Positions 14,926 through 25,046 of a stretch of 64,000 nt of DNA are shown piece by piece. The stretch lies in IMG/VR virus record IMGVR_UViG_3300005336_000003, positions 237 through 64,236 of that record, one strand, 5' to 3'. Within the stretch, counting starts at the first letter, position 1. Each line of letters starts with the position of its first letter. Below the pieces are notes generated by a model, which saw only the letters and a list, made by a program, of their open reading frames with translations, was not told where the DNA came from and ran no database searches. The DNA is from a virus (Duplodnaviria > Caudoviricetes). The translations under genes and the position numbers were made by a program.

Positions 14926-17853
14926 TTACCTTGACCCGTAGAAGGAGAACGAGATGCCCTTGCCGGTAGGGTCCTGCGCGGTCGGGGCATTGAAGCTGAA
15001 CGTGTCATCCGCGGCAAAGCTTACGTTGGACAGGAACGAGAACGTGGCAATATTGCGACCAGTTGTACCCGAAGGTATTGTGGCAGTCCCGATTGAGATC
15101 CCGTTCTTGTACAAGGTAAACACCGCAGAGTTGGTGAAGGCTACCTCGCAGCTACCGGCACTATTGGTCAGCCCTGAAGGCAATCCGGTAGCGTAGGATA
15201 GCGTGATGAGGAATAGCTCCTCGTTGGGATTCGGCCTTCGATCCGTTAGGGATACGACCGGATTCCACAGGTTCTGCTGGGTGAGAACAGTCCCATCTAC
15301 TCCGGCTGTATGTCCTGAGCTGCCTGCTGCATTCGAGGCAATGAGGAAGTAGGTGTACACGGATCCAGGGCTTAGCCCCGTATCCGTATAGTTCAGATCG
15401 CTGGTGATAGCAAGGGTTGTAGCCGATCCAAAGGCTCCTCCAGGACCTGGAGCCCTAAGCAGGGTGTAGGATAGAACGGCGTCTCCTACAGCATTAGCAT
15501 TCCAGGTGAGAGCAATCTGCCCGATGCCTCCGGTAGTCGAGAGCCCCGTAGGCGTGGAAGGCACTACGATGTTCAGTGTGCCTGAATTGACGACTGCTGA
15601 GGTTAGCCAGGAAGATATGGCCAAACCACTCTGGGATACCGCTCGCACACGAGCCTGATAGCTGGTTGAGGCAACGGCAGGTGATAGGGTGTAGGATACG
15701 GCAGTGGCTCCAACGGAGTTGTCAGTGAACCAGCTTACGCCTCCGTCCCTAGAGAACTGCACCTCATACGAACCCAGCATCGGTCCTGTGCTAGCTGCCC
15801 AACCAAGAGTCATAGCAAGGATGGTGGTAGAGTCAGCCTGGACAACTCGGGAGGCTACCAGAGTTGCGGAGGTAGGAGGAGCAATCGTGAATGCGACGCC
15901 TGTAGGAGTGTACGGGTAAGATGGGACCGTAGCAACATCTTGCTGAGCATGGCCAAACTGGTTGAAGCTGGCAAACTTGAAGTACAGGGGTATTCCAACG
16001 TACTGCTGAGGCAGTGCGTAGACAAAGGCTACCGTCGGATCAATACGGGTCCACTGAACCCCTGAAGTATGGGAAGCAGGAGAGGTATTGTACACTCCAC
16101 GGCGTAGGCCTGTCAGTGAATACTGATCGGGCCCGGTTAAGGTAACTGTGCCATAGGACACGATCTCGCCGTCGATCAGGGAGGCTGTCCTGAATGCATC
16201 GGCATCGGCTGCAGTAACAGCTGTTGAGACTACCGCCCCGCTCTCCGAGGTGTCGATTGCCAGGGTATTGACGTTATCCGGATCCGCATGGTTGGCAAGC
16301 GGGGCAGTCAATACGCCTTGCTGTGAGGGAGTATTGACTACTCCAATCCAACCGAAGTTGACATTGTCCGCGGAGATGTAGACATTGGCTCCTCCCCAAT
16401 TGGGGCCTCCGCTCAAACCGATCCATACCTCGGGCTGTCCATTTGTGACAACCGGGCTTGGTTCGATAATGGCAGGAGGGTTCACATTCCCAGGATCCGC
16501 AAGCACTTCGGGCGGAGGAGTAGACTCGGAAGGCTGGCTAGTGAAGGCCGCTGCTCGACCCGCCCCCAAAGGAAACTCCTCTGCCGTGAGGGACAGGATG
16601 TCATCACTGTCCTCCTCAACAGTCAGGATACGCACAGGGAACCTTGACAGGCCAATCCCATCCTGTGTGAGGGTTACCAGATCCCCAGGCTCTAGAAGCA
16701 CGTACGCGTACGAGAGCTTGAACGAGTAGTTGTTGCGGATGTAGACCGCACGCTGCTTGATCAGCTCCGCCATGATGTTGGCGACGCCGGGATCGCAGAT
16801 CTCGTTGGCCTGAATAATCTGCGACTGCAACTGCCCGTACAGGTCTAGCGAGACCTGATCCTCGGCACGGATAGGTGTGTTATTGTAGGAGTTGGGCCTA
16901 CTGAGGATGTCCAGCTCAACGATATTGTACCCATCGGTTGGATCTGTCCTGTTGACCGTCAACGGCTCATCAGAAGAGGTCGCCTGGACGAAGTCGTCAG
17001 GCCCGAGATCGAACAGGGGGGTAACATTGGCAAGGAACGTGGTAGTGTTGGCGATGATATTGACATCACCCAGAGGGACGAACTTAATCTGGTCGCCTGA
17101 CCAGAAGATGAAGGAGTTGGACAGCTGAGCCCAGCGGGTGATTATGGAAGTCGCCTGCTCCTGCGAGTTCAGATAGGGAGAAGCCCACAAGCTCTGGGCT
17201 TGGCAGTAGTTCTTGTAGTTAGCCCAGCTCGTCGCATCGATGTACGTTGCGTTGGGATCAATCCCATACTGAGGATTGGTGATGAAATCCTGGATGATGT
17301 CAGCAAAGTTCGCATCCGGCAGATGGGATGGCGCAAAGTTCTGGGAGCCTGAGAGGTAGCCATCTACCTCGAAGTTGTGCTGCGGTACAGTCGGAGATGA
17401 GCCCAGATCGTACAGGCTGGAGAACAGATAGGCAGTGCGAGCATAGGACTCTGCATGGGAAGGGAAGTTGCTCGACATCCAGGCAGGAGGAGTCTGGACA
17501 GCCGTACCCGTGAAGAGCGTCAGGTTGAGGGCTGCAAGGGTGGTGGTTGTCTGATCGGACCAGACAGTTGTCACATCCTGGATCGGGCCCTCGCACAGGC
17601 TCAGAATCAGGGCTGTCGAGTACTTGTAGGAGGATGCTCCTCCCTTGCCGCCACCACCACCCTTGCCTCCCTTGCCTCCCGACTTCACAGGAGTGGCAAT
17701 GAAGTTCACGGCATCAATGATGTTGGTGCCTGCTCTGAAGCGGCCCCAGCCAATGGGTATGCAGAGGCCTTGAGAGCTAGTCTGGATATTCAGCCCAGTG
17801 TACTTGGTAACCTGGGTATTGGAGCCCTTGCCGCCTCCGAATATGCCGGCCAT
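14926..17853 (-). CDS. Central tail tip/host-specificity protein (Phage-tail_3, GTA megatron-like) with FN3 repeats
   Basis: IPIGWG, GGKGG linker, LCEGPI, LEPGDLVTL, WGGANVY.S.D, YFKF.SFN.FG; FN3-like C-terminal domains. Confidence 0.88.
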   Translation of the reverse strand: MAGIFGGGKGSNTQVTKYTGLNIQTSSQGLCIPIGWGRFRAGTNIIDAVNFIATPVKSGGKGGKGGGGGKGGASSYKYSTALILSLCEGPIQDVTTVWSDQTTTTLAALNLTLFTGTAVQTPPAWMSSNFPSHAESYARTAYLFSSLYDLGSSPTVPQHNFEVDGYLSGSQNFAPSHLPDANFADIIQDFITNPQYGIDPNATYIDATSWANYKNYCQAQSLWASPYLNSQEQATSIITRWAQLSNSFIFWSGDQIKFVPLGDVNIIANTTTFLANVTPLFDLGPDDFVQATSSDEPLTVNRTDPTDGYNIVELDILSRPNSYNNTPIRAEDQVSLDLYGQLQSQIIQANEICDPGVANIMAELIKQRAVYIRNNYSFKLSYAYVLLEPGDLVTLTQDGIGLSRFPVRILTVEEDSDDILSLTAEEFPLGAGRAAAFTSQPSESTPPPEVLADPGNVNPPAIIEPSPVVTNGQPEVWIGLSGGPNWGGANVYISADNVNFGWIGVVNTPSQQGVLTAPLANHADPDNVNTLAIDTSESGAVVSTAVTAADADAFRTASLIDGEIVSYGTVTLTGPDQYSLTGLRRGVYNTSPASHTSGVQWTRIDPTVAFVYALPQQYVGIPLYFKFASFNQFGHAQQDVATVPSYPYTPTGVAFTIAPPTSATLVASRVVQADSTTILAMTLGWAASTGPMLGSYEVQFSRDGGVSWFTDNSVGATAVSYTLSPAVASTSYQARVRAVSQSGLAISSWLTSAVVNSGTLNIVVPSTPTGLSTTGGIGQIALTWNANAVGDAVLSYTLLRAPGPGGAFGSATTLAITSDLNYTDTGLSPGSVYTYFLIASNAAGSSGHTAGVDGTVLTQQNLWNPVVSLTDRRPNPNEELFLITLSYATGLPSGLTNSAGSCEVAFTNSAVFTLYKNGISIGTATIPSGTTGRNIATFSFLSNVSFAADDTFSFNAPTAQDPTGKGISFSFYGSR

Positions 17854-18401
17854 CAGACGGACCCCCCAGCAATCTGCCGGATCTTGGCCCACACATCGAA
17901 GAACTTCCGGGGCCTCAAGGTCATGGTCTTCCCGAGGTATCTTACCCAAGCCTCATTCAGATCGGCCTGAGAACACTTGCCGTCTGCTGCCCAGGCATGA
18001 ACCATCTGGGTCTCGTTGACCAAGACGCCTGAATGGGAGAAGCATCTGCCGAACTTGAACAGGACTACATCTCCGGCTTTAGGCTGCTCAACCTCCAGAG
18101 CGCACTTGTCCATCCAATGAAGATACCGCTCCTCATCGTTATTCATGTGCCAGTTTGGTGGGTATGGCCGAGGATCGAAAGGCTGTACCGTTCCGGAATC
18201 CACCCAAGCACGCACCAGCAGCATCGAGCAGTCAATCCCCGCTCCCAGAATGTCAGCCTGCTGCCGATATGGAGTACCGATCCATTTCTGGGCCTCCTGG
18301 ATAACCTTCAGCCTCAGGTCGGCCTCTCGCTCAGGAGTAAGAGGCAGACAGGCGGCCAGAGGGATTGGATCGGTAGGGATGCCGAATTCTTGACTGCTCA
18401 C
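17853..18401 (-). CDS. NlpC/P60 tail-associated peptidase
   Basis: WIGTPY..GIDCS, GDVVLFKFGRCFSH, VHAW motifs. Confidence 0.92.
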   Translation of the reverse strand: MSSQEFGIPTDPIPLAACLPLTPEREADLRLKVIQEAQKWIGTPYRQQADILGAGIDCSMLLVRAWVDSGTVQPFDPRPYPPNWHMNNDEERYLHWMDKCALEVEQPKAGDVVLFKFGRCFSHSGVLVNETQMVHAWAADGKCSQADLNEAWVRYLGKTMTLRPRKFFDVWAKIRQIAGGSV

Positions 18402-19258
18402 AGCCCTGTCTCCGCAGGCGGGATATTCTTGAACCCTCGGAAGTTCTGCTGGTTGCTGAAGAAGGCGCAGCCCTGACCTCCGTCGCGAGTCTTGTCACAG
18501 CCAAAGGTAACATTCATGGTATCCCCAGCAACAGGAGTGCTGAAGAGAGGATATGCCATGGAGAACGAAGTCCCATCGGACGACGAGATAGTCCGCCGCT
18601 GGCCGTTAGAGCTGCCGCTGGTGAAGGTTACATAGCCCTTGGTATAGTTCACCGCATTGGCAGGTGACGTGCCCCAGACAATGGTGTTGGTATCAGAGCC
18701 TACGCCAACAGTGTTGGCCGAGGTAAATGACACCCTGTTCAGTGTGCAGCCTGCGTCATACAGCGCATGAATACAGCCGAGCTCATATCTGTTCCGTGGC
18801 ATGAATTGCTCCATCAGGACATTGGACCCTTTGAAGGTGATCTTGGCTCCCCGCGCCGTAAGCTCCACAGGGCCAGCGCGTCCGCCAAATAGCGTAACCA
18901 AGCCTAATGAGGTATCGCCTAGTGCAGGCATGAATGCTCTCTGCAGTAGGAGGTTACAGCCGTCGAACAGCCCTTGATGGATGAGCAGCTTGATGTTCTG
19001 CCCGTTGTAGTCCTCCCCATTGGAGAACAGGTTGACCTCCAAGGTAGGGACCTCGATCGTGTTCTTGACTGACCATTTGGAGCGTTGTACTAGTGGCCCA
19101 ACAGCCACCCACTCCAGAAGGCCATAGATAACCGGGTAGTCAAAGCTCGTCACCAGAAGCTGACTGCCTCCCTGGAACGTGAACGTGAATAGGTCAGCCT
19201 TCAGATAGGGCTGCTTACTCAGCAGGAAGGAGACCAGTGCAGGGCTGGCAGTTCGCAT
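18398..19258 (-). CDS. DUF2163/BR0599 baseplate hub protein
   Basis: C.H.LYD.GC, GCDKT..C..F.N..NFRGF..IP motifs. Confidence 0.9.
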   Translation of the reverse strand: MRTASPALVSFLLSKQPYLKADLFTFTFQGGSQLLVTSFDYPVIYGLLEWVAVGPLVQRSKWSVKNTIEVPTLEVNLFSNGEDYNGQNIKLLIHQGLFDGCNLLLQRAFMPALGDTSLGLVTLFGGRAGPVELTARGAKITFKGSNVLMEQFMPRNRYELGCIHALYDAGCTLNRVSFTSANTVGVGSDTNTIVWGTSPANAVNYTKGYVTFTSGSSNGQRRTISSSDGTSFSMAYPLFSTPVAGDTMNVTFGCDKTRDGGQGCAFFSNQQNFRGFKNIPPAETGL

Positions 19259-20221
19259 CTACGCCCCCTTCAACGACCGGAGAGTCACCTTCTTCGTCAG
19301 CCATATCTGGTTGACGAACTTCTCGAAGTCATACTGGTCATCCTTGAACCTGACGTAGAAGTAGTACGACATGTCTACAGTGACGGTGACCCCTGCAGTG
19401 GGAGTCGAATGCATCCGCAGAAGCTGATTGTACGGATCGGTAGTCACTACGTCATAGGTCGAGGGGTCAATCGGGACGCCGTCGAAATATACCGTGAAGG
19501 GCTTCGTGAGGTTTACGAACCCTACAGGTTCAAAGGGAGTCTCGGACACGATCGAGGGGGAGACTGTACCCCAGCCAAAGTTGCGGCAGAGCTGCCAGGT
19601 ATTGGTCGTCCCATCGGTAACTGCAATACCCTGACCTACGATTGCGTGATCGTCAGGATCTGTGAACAGGAAGCCGAACAGTCCTCCATGCGATGCCAGG
19701 AAGAAGCCCATAAGGGTCTTCAGATCCGTAGCAGTGGTACCGTTCGCCTGCATATCAGGCAGGTAGTCGTACGAAAGATCCCACTCCCAGATATTGTTCT
19801 GAGCGTAGCCTATGCGAGCCTCACGTAGGCTAGTGGCTTCACTGACCCCGGTCTTGAAGATAGGCCGCTTGAAGACGCTGTAGCCCAGGCCGATCAGGTC
19901 AGGATAAACTAGTGCCACAGGACCATCTCCTGGTGGTGGAGGCCCTGGTGGAGGAGGAATAGGCACCAGGAGGTTGAGGATAAGTATTTCAAGAACAAGC
20001 TGAGAGCACCGGAGGGTCTGAAGGAATCCAAGAACCTCGGTAACAATCTGTGACACCCGAGCAGTACTCGTGTCGACAGCCGCCACTTCCGTGACCAGCT
20101 GAGTAACCCGGATAAAAGACACATCGACAGCCGTAGCCTCAACCACGATCTGCGAGACACGGATGAACGAAACATCGACACCTAGGATCTCCGCTACGAT
20201 TTGGGAGGCGTTCTCAGCCAT
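19259..20221 (-). CDS. DUF2460-like distal tail protein with N-terminal 5x RVSQxxxE repeat extension
   Basis: KRP.F.T..S.RE.R..W..L.Y..L, GFF...G....FLF.DP.D and YYF.VRF.DD motifs; N-terminal repeats and a polyproline linker. Confidence 0.85.
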   Translation of the reverse strand: MAENASQIVAEILGVDVSFIRVSQIVVEATAVDVSFIRVTQLVTEVAAVDTSTARVSQIVTEVLGFLQTLRCSQLVLEILILNLLVPIPPPPGPPPPGDGPVALVYPDLIGLGYSVFKRPIFKTGVSEATSLREARIGYAQNNIWEWDLSYDYLPDMQANGTTATDLKTLMGFFLASHGGLFGFLFTDPDDHAIVGQGIAVTDGTTNTWQLCRNFGWGTVSPSIVSETPFEPVGFVNLTKPFTVYFDGVPIDPSTYDVVTTDPYNQLLRMHSTPTAGVTVTVDMSYYFYVRFKDDQYDFEKFVNQIWLTKKVTLRSLKGA

Positions 20222-21273
20222 TAGACGGTGATGTCTTTGTAGCCAACCTTGATGCTGTTGACTGCTGTGGTTGTCCAGGCGGCTCCCGAATTAGGATCCG
20301 TCAGGTAGAGATCGGTGAAGTACGCATAGTTGTTGCCTGCTGACTGCAACGTACCGTAGACTTCGGTCACCCCGGAGATGACGGCTTGCTGGAACGTGAC
20401 AGTCGATGCATTGGTCTTACGGTAAGCTCCTGTTGCCTGCACACCGATGACGTGGTTGATTGTGGCCGGAAGAGCTCCATAGTTGAAGGTATCCTCCTGG
20501 CCAGGAGTGGTGGTGGAGTTGTACGTCGTATCCCCGTCAAAGGCTACCTCGCTGATCTCCTGCCAGTTAGTGCCTGCCAGAGGCGTCCACTGTACCGAAT
20601 TGTTGCCTACAGCAAACAGGGTAACGACTCGGAGATCGCCGGCAAAGTCGTTCATCGGATAGGGGCCCGGATCGACGGTGATATCGTTGATGTACAGGTC
20701 GTCAACGTTGGCCGTCCAGCCCGAGCCTGCTGGGAAGGTGGTTATCTCGAGTACGTTAACCCACGAGTTGATCGTAGTCTGAGTGTCAAGACCTGAGACG
20801 CTGTCCTTCAGGATGCTGTTGACCTGGAAGGCGAACGTTCCGGTGGTATTGTCAACCTTCAGCTTGAACTCAAAGAAGCACCATACGCCGACAGGAAACT
20901 GATTCAGCAGGCTGCTGTAGATGAGGGTTGTACCCGGACCTCTGTACAGGTTAATCTGGCCAGTACTCGGCTTCAGCTCGATCTCGACCTGGGTACCTAT
21001 GCTTCCATCCAACAGGAATATGCGGAAGTTATCGTTGCCGCTACTCTGGTTGAATATGATCCCCATGCCGAAGATGATCGTGCCAAAGTTCTGGGACAGG
21101 GATCCGAATAGGGAACCTCCCTGGCCGAATGCTAGACTCTTTCCTGTTCCTGCCCTATTAAGAGCAGAGATTGCACAGGAAGAGCTCGTCCACTGCAGCC
21201 GGCCGCTCCTGGTGAGCATGTCAGTGCTGGCGCTGCCGTAGTGGTCCCAGCCTTCGAAGACAAATAGGCCCAT
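20221..21273 (-). CDS. Virion beta-sandwich (LamG/lectin-like) protein, paralog of 13428-14435
   Basis: W.F.E.K.......G.....VN, DDLYI.D and WT...VN...GYK motifs; inserted between tape measure and distal tail genes. Confidence 0.7.
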   Translation of the reverse strand: MGLFVFEGWDHYGSASTDMLTRSGRLQWTSSSCAISALNRAGTGKSLAFGQGGSLFGSLSQNFGTIIFGMGIIFNQSSGNDNFRIFLLDGSIGTQVEIELKPSTGQINLYRGPGTTLIYSSLLNQFPVGVWCFFEFKLKVDNTTGTFAFQVNSILKDSVSGLDTQTTINSWVNVLEITTFPAGSGWTANVDDLYINDITVDPGPYPMNDFAGDLRVVTLFAVGNNSVQWTPLAGTNWQEISEVAFDGDTTYNSTTTPGQEDTFNYGALPATINHVIGVQATGAYRKTNASTVTFQQAVISGVTEVYGTLQSAGNNYAYFTDLYLTDPNSGAAWTTTAVNSIKVGYKDITV

Positions 21274-24272
21274 TACGCCAGACCCCTTCCAGGAAGTCGC
21301 AAACCCCCATTACGGGTGATGCTATTCAGATAGGAGAACATATCCTTCCTGGAGAGGGACAGCATCGACTCGATCTGGTTAGCAGTCACACCTCCTCCGG
21401 AAGCGCTTATGCTGGGAGAGTGGTTCACTACAACGCCTGAGCTGCTCTCTCCCCCAAATCCGCCTCGCTGCCTTACGCCTTCAGCGAAGGTTGCAGGAAC
21501 CACCATCTCGTCCTTGTGGATCTGAGCGACCATATCCTGAGGAACATTCCAAGCACCCACATCCAGGGCGGCTATGGCTGCATAAGGCTGGAGGGCTGCA
21601 TAGGTAGAAGCAGCGGCAGCTACAGCCAATTCAGGTCCGATAAACGGAGTGGCTGCGACAGAAGCTGCCGCTCCAGCTGCTGCAATCGCCGCATAGGACT
21701 CGACCTGACCAACATTGACCGTTGCTGCGGTGACTTCCGTCTCAGCTGCCGCAGCTGCCTGTTCGGTGGCGCGTGCGGCTGTTCCTGCCGTAGTGGCTTC
21801 AGTCATCCCCAGCTCGGAGGCAATCCACCTCAAAGCCCTAAGGATGAAGCTGCTATTCTCCGCGGCGGTTTCTGCTTGGGTAAGGCCAGTACGTGTAGCC
21901 GTGCCGGCAGCTGTTGCAGCTGTCTTTGCGGCCTCTGTTGAGCTCGTCCCCGCTAGCTCTAGGGCTCGGTCAATCAACCAACGAGCAGCCATCTTCAGGC
22001 TGTAATCTAGCACCTTCGTCATCAGAGACTGCAGGATTGAGCCGATGCCCTGCGCTACCGTCCTGGTACCAGTGAGCATGCCCGATAGGGAGTTAGCTAT
22101 GCTGCTGGCGATGCCGTTTCCAACACTCTCCCAAGCCTTACGGGTTGAATCGGCCGCCTGCAGCTGGACTCTCTGCATCTGCTCGGCAAAGCTCTGATTC
22201 TCCCTGATCTCGGTATCCAAGGCCTTCTGCATCTGCAGAGGGTCGACGGCCTCAGCCTGTTGCTCCTTGATGGCATCGATAGCCTGCTTATGCGCCTCGG
22301 TGATCTGAGCAAGCTGATCCTTGAACTGGGCAGTTCCGTCGGTACCTCCGAGCAACTCAAGGAGGCTAAAGGTACCTCCATGGCTTTGGGACTTGAAGAG
22401 CTGCTCAGCCATACGCTGCTGTGAGCGCGAGACCTCACGCTGAGTGTTGGCTACGTCCCTTGCGATCGCAGATTCCTGCTTAGCTGCGGCAACCTGCAGC
22501 TCTTCCCTATGGATCAGCTCCTTCTGGTACTCGATCGAGGCCTGCCCATAGTGATCCTTCAGCATGCCAAGGATCTGGTTCTCGATGTTCAGCTGGAACT
22601 GATAGTCTCCAGCATGAGCAGCCTGCTTGGCTCTGAGAGCCTCAATGTCCATGGTGGTTGAACGGTTACCGGCCGTAACCGTCAGAGCCGTACGCCTGTT
22701 CAGCTCCTCCTGATACTCAATGGTACCTTGCTTACCATAGGCCCTAAGGACTGCAAGCTTCTGATCCTCGATGGCAATCTGGGCGCCTACGCTATTACGT
22801 ACGGCTACTTCCTGCCCCTGGAGTTCGGCCAGTTTCAGCCGCAGAGCTGCATCGCTTGCAGCGCGCTGCCCCTCAGCAATCTGGTTCTGCGCTGTACGAG
22901 CCTGAGCGCTGCTCTCCCCGTAGAACTTCGACTCCTCCGTAGCGATTGACTTGAGGATAGGTATACGGCGATCTGCGAAGTCCCTCTGCGCTGCAAGGTC
23001 TTGCTGCAGCCTGCCCAGGGTAGCCTCATGTTGCTGCTGCTCAGAGACCGTATGGGTCTGGGTGAGCTTCTGCTCGACTGCGGTAATAGCCTCGTTGGCC
23101 GCAATGATAGCCGGAGCATCTCCTGACTCCTGAGCCCTCATCAAAGCTGTCTGGGCTGCAGCCAGCTCCTGCGTGTACTGAGTCCTACGTCTTAAGGCCT
23201 CGTTGATCTTATCAACAGTCGCACTGTCCTCGGCTGCGCGAGGATCGGCAACCTTCTGATCTGGAAGGGGCTGAGGAGACGCAATTTCAGGAGTGAATGC
23301 TAATCCAGTGCCTTCTCCAGAGACCAGTGCCTGGCGCCGCATCTCTTGGGAGGCAGACACTCTATCCTTAGCAGCCTTGACAAACCTGGTGTTGGCCGCA
23401 TCGACGATGATCTGCATTGCCTGGGTTTGCTGCCCAGCCTTGATCAGGTCATCTACGTAGGTATGGAGCGTCGAGCCGTTGCTGGCTGTCTGGCCATCGA
23501 GCAGATGAATACTGTCAGCCCAGGTGAGAGCGCCCTCGGCACCCTCGTTGAACTTCTTGGCAATCTCCTCGGTGTACTTGACAACGTCGCCACCCATGAG
23601 AGTGGCATGAGCTGCCGCGATGTCCTTTATCTGCTGGGAGTACTGGGCTGAGGGCCCTCCCAGAGACCGGATTGCAATCTCAACTTTACGTGCATCGCTC
23701 CCCCACATATCCCAGGTCTTGGAGGAGTCAGCCAGGCTGTTCTTGATTGCATTGACCGCCCCAGCACCATGCTGCCCGACGATGAGCATCTCACCTTCGG
23801 CATGGTTGATAGCAGTAGCTGTTGCTGCCCACTGATAGGCTAGGACAGCTACACCTGCTGCGAGAGCAGCGACAATGCCGATCTGAGCAGTAAGGATCGG
23901 GTTGGCTTGGGCCATCGTGCCAACCACGTTGGCTATCGTACCGCTGAATTGGGTCCAGCGGCCCGTGATGGTTTCATCGACGATTGCATGCAGCTCTCGG
24001 CCTACGAAATTAGCACGTAGGCCTAAAGTATTGAGCTGGGTAGTCGTCTTGCCTATGGCAGGCGAGACGTTGTTGAACGCGCCTGTGACTTGATTGGCTG
24101 ACGCGTTGATGGAGGCTGCGGCCGTAGCCATCGACGCGGCTGCCTGGTTGGCGGCATTCTGGGAAGCTGTGGTGAACTGTTGGACTGAGGCAGCTGCTGC
24201 CGCCATCGCCGCAGTAAACTGGGCAATGTTAGCAGTAAGCTGAGCATTGACGTTACCCGCTGAGCCCGACAT
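21273..24272 (-). CDS. Tape measure protein
   Basis: 999 aa, Ala/Gln-rich and helical; C-terminal DVGAWNVPQDM.A.IH..EMVVPA; follows the tail chaperones. Confidence 0.92.
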   Translation of the reverse strand: MSGSAGNVNAQLTANIAQFTAAMAAAAASVQQFTTASQNAANQAAASMATAAASINASANQVTGAFNNVSPAIGKTTTQLNTLGLRANFVGRELHAIVDETITGRWTQFSGTIANVVGTMAQANPILTAQIGIVAALAAGVAVLAYQWAATATAINHAEGEMLIVGQHGAGAVNAIKNSLADSSKTWDMWGSDARKVEIAIRSLGGPSAQYSQQIKDIAAAHATLMGGDVVKYTEEIAKKFNEGAEGALTWADSIHLLDGQTASNGSTLHTYVDDLIKAGQQTQAMQIIVDAANTRFVKAAKDRVSASQEMRRQALVSGEGTGLAFTPEIASPQPLPDQKVADPRAAEDSATVDKINEALRRRTQYTQELAAAQTALMRAQESGDAPAIIAANEAITAVEQKLTQTHTVSEQQQHEATLGRLQQDLAAQRDFADRRIPILKSIATEESKFYGESSAQARTAQNQIAEGQRAASDAALRLKLAELQGQEVAVRNSVGAQIAIEDQKLAVLRAYGKQGTIEYQEELNRRTALTVTAGNRSTTMDIEALRAKQAAHAGDYQFQLNIENQILGMLKDHYGQASIEYQKELIHREELQVAAAKQESAIARDVANTQREVSRSQQRMAEQLFKSQSHGGTFSLLELLGGTDGTAQFKDQLAQITEAHKQAIDAIKEQQAEAVDPLQMQKALDTEIRENQSFAEQMQRVQLQAADSTRKAWESVGNGIASSIANSLSGMLTGTRTVAQGIGSILQSLMTKVLDYSLKMAARWLIDRALELAGTSSTEAAKTAATAAGTATRTGLTQAETAAENSSFILRALRWIASELGMTEATTAGTAARATEQAAAAAETEVTAATVNVGQVESYAAIAAAGAAASVAATPFIGPELAVAAAASTYAALQPYAAIAALDVGAWNVPQDMVAQIHKDEMVVPATFAEGVRQRGGFGGESSSGVVVNHSPSISASGGGVTANQIESMLSLSRKDMFSYLNSITRNGGLRLPGRGLA

Positions 24273-24567
24273 TCTTTATTTTCCCACCTGCCGCCATGAT
24301 CATGTCGAATAGCTTCTTGCCTCGGATCACTTCCCCTTTAGGCTCAGCTCCCTTCAGACCATACCGGGCAGCCATGAGGACGGAGATCGGAGGAACCTTA
24401 GCCCAATAGGCTCTAAGAGCTCCAAGCCTGGGAAGTGTGATGGTAGTCTCCACAGTATCCCAGTTTCCCCCTCCGATCCCCAGCGCGGTCAGCTCTGCAA
24501 TGATCCCGTCCCAGTTGCCGTCGAATCCTGGCTCACTGCTGCCTCGGCCGACGGCTGAGCTTCCCCC
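24253..24567 (-). CDS. Tail assembly chaperone, -1 frameshift extension (gpGT-like)
   Basis: A -1 shift at GGGGGAA (24567-24561) reads GSSAVGRG...NWDGIIAEL..NWDTVETTITLPRLGALRAYW..PP to the stop at 24253. Confidence 0.8.
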   Translation of the reverse strand, partial: GGSSAVGRGSSEPGFDGNWDGIIAELTALGIGGGNWDTVETTITLPRLGALRAYWAKVPPISVLMAARYGLKGAEPKGEVIRGKKLFDMIMAAGGKIKNVGLSG

Positions 24568-24950
24568 GACTTATCGAGCCCGGATATCACCAGCAGATCG
24601 GTGAAGGTCTGAAGCATCAGTACGGTCTCATCGTACACCATCAGCTGCTCGAACTTGTCCAAGTTCATGCCGGGATCAGCCTGCTGGAGGCATGCAACCA
24701 TCACCTGAGCGATGAGGTCCATCCGATTGGCGTGGGCCGCCATCAGCTTCTCTCCCGAATCAGGATCGGAGGCCAGAGAGTCCGATAGCTTCTGCTGCTC
24801 TTCGGTGAGGCGATTCAACCGCGAAAGAATGGGCCAGGCAACCTTCAGGGTGCGAAGGTTCATTGGCAGGAGGGTATACTGTGCCCCTCCAAGGAGGAGG
24901 CTCGCTGTCCGTGTCTGGGTATCGGGAGAATCCATATCGTGTAACTCCAT
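24489..24950 (-). CDS. Tail assembly chaperone (gpG-like)
   Basis: Lies between major tail and tape measure genes; ends ..SGL..SGEA at the slippery site. Confidence 0.8.
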   Translation of the reverse strand: MELHDMDSPDTQTRTASLLLGGAQYTLLPMNLRTLKVAWPILSRLNRLTEEQQKLSDSLASDPDSGEKLMAAHANRMDLIAQVMVACLQQADPGMNLDKFEQLMVYDETVLMLQTFTDLLVISGLDKSGEAQPSAEAAVSQDSTATGTGSLQS

Positions 24951-25046
24951 TACCCCTCTAACGGGGGCTAGTTGCTAGGGAAGTTCTGATGGACGCGAAC
25001 GAAGGTCCTTCGGCTCTAGGACCCTGTCCGCTTCGTTGTGCCCTCC

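Noticed and set aside
13428-21273. Diversity-generating retroelement or invertible tail-fiber system behind the paralogous tail genes
   Set aside because: No reverse transcriptase or invertase, and the paralogs are diverged rather than near-identical template/variable repeats.
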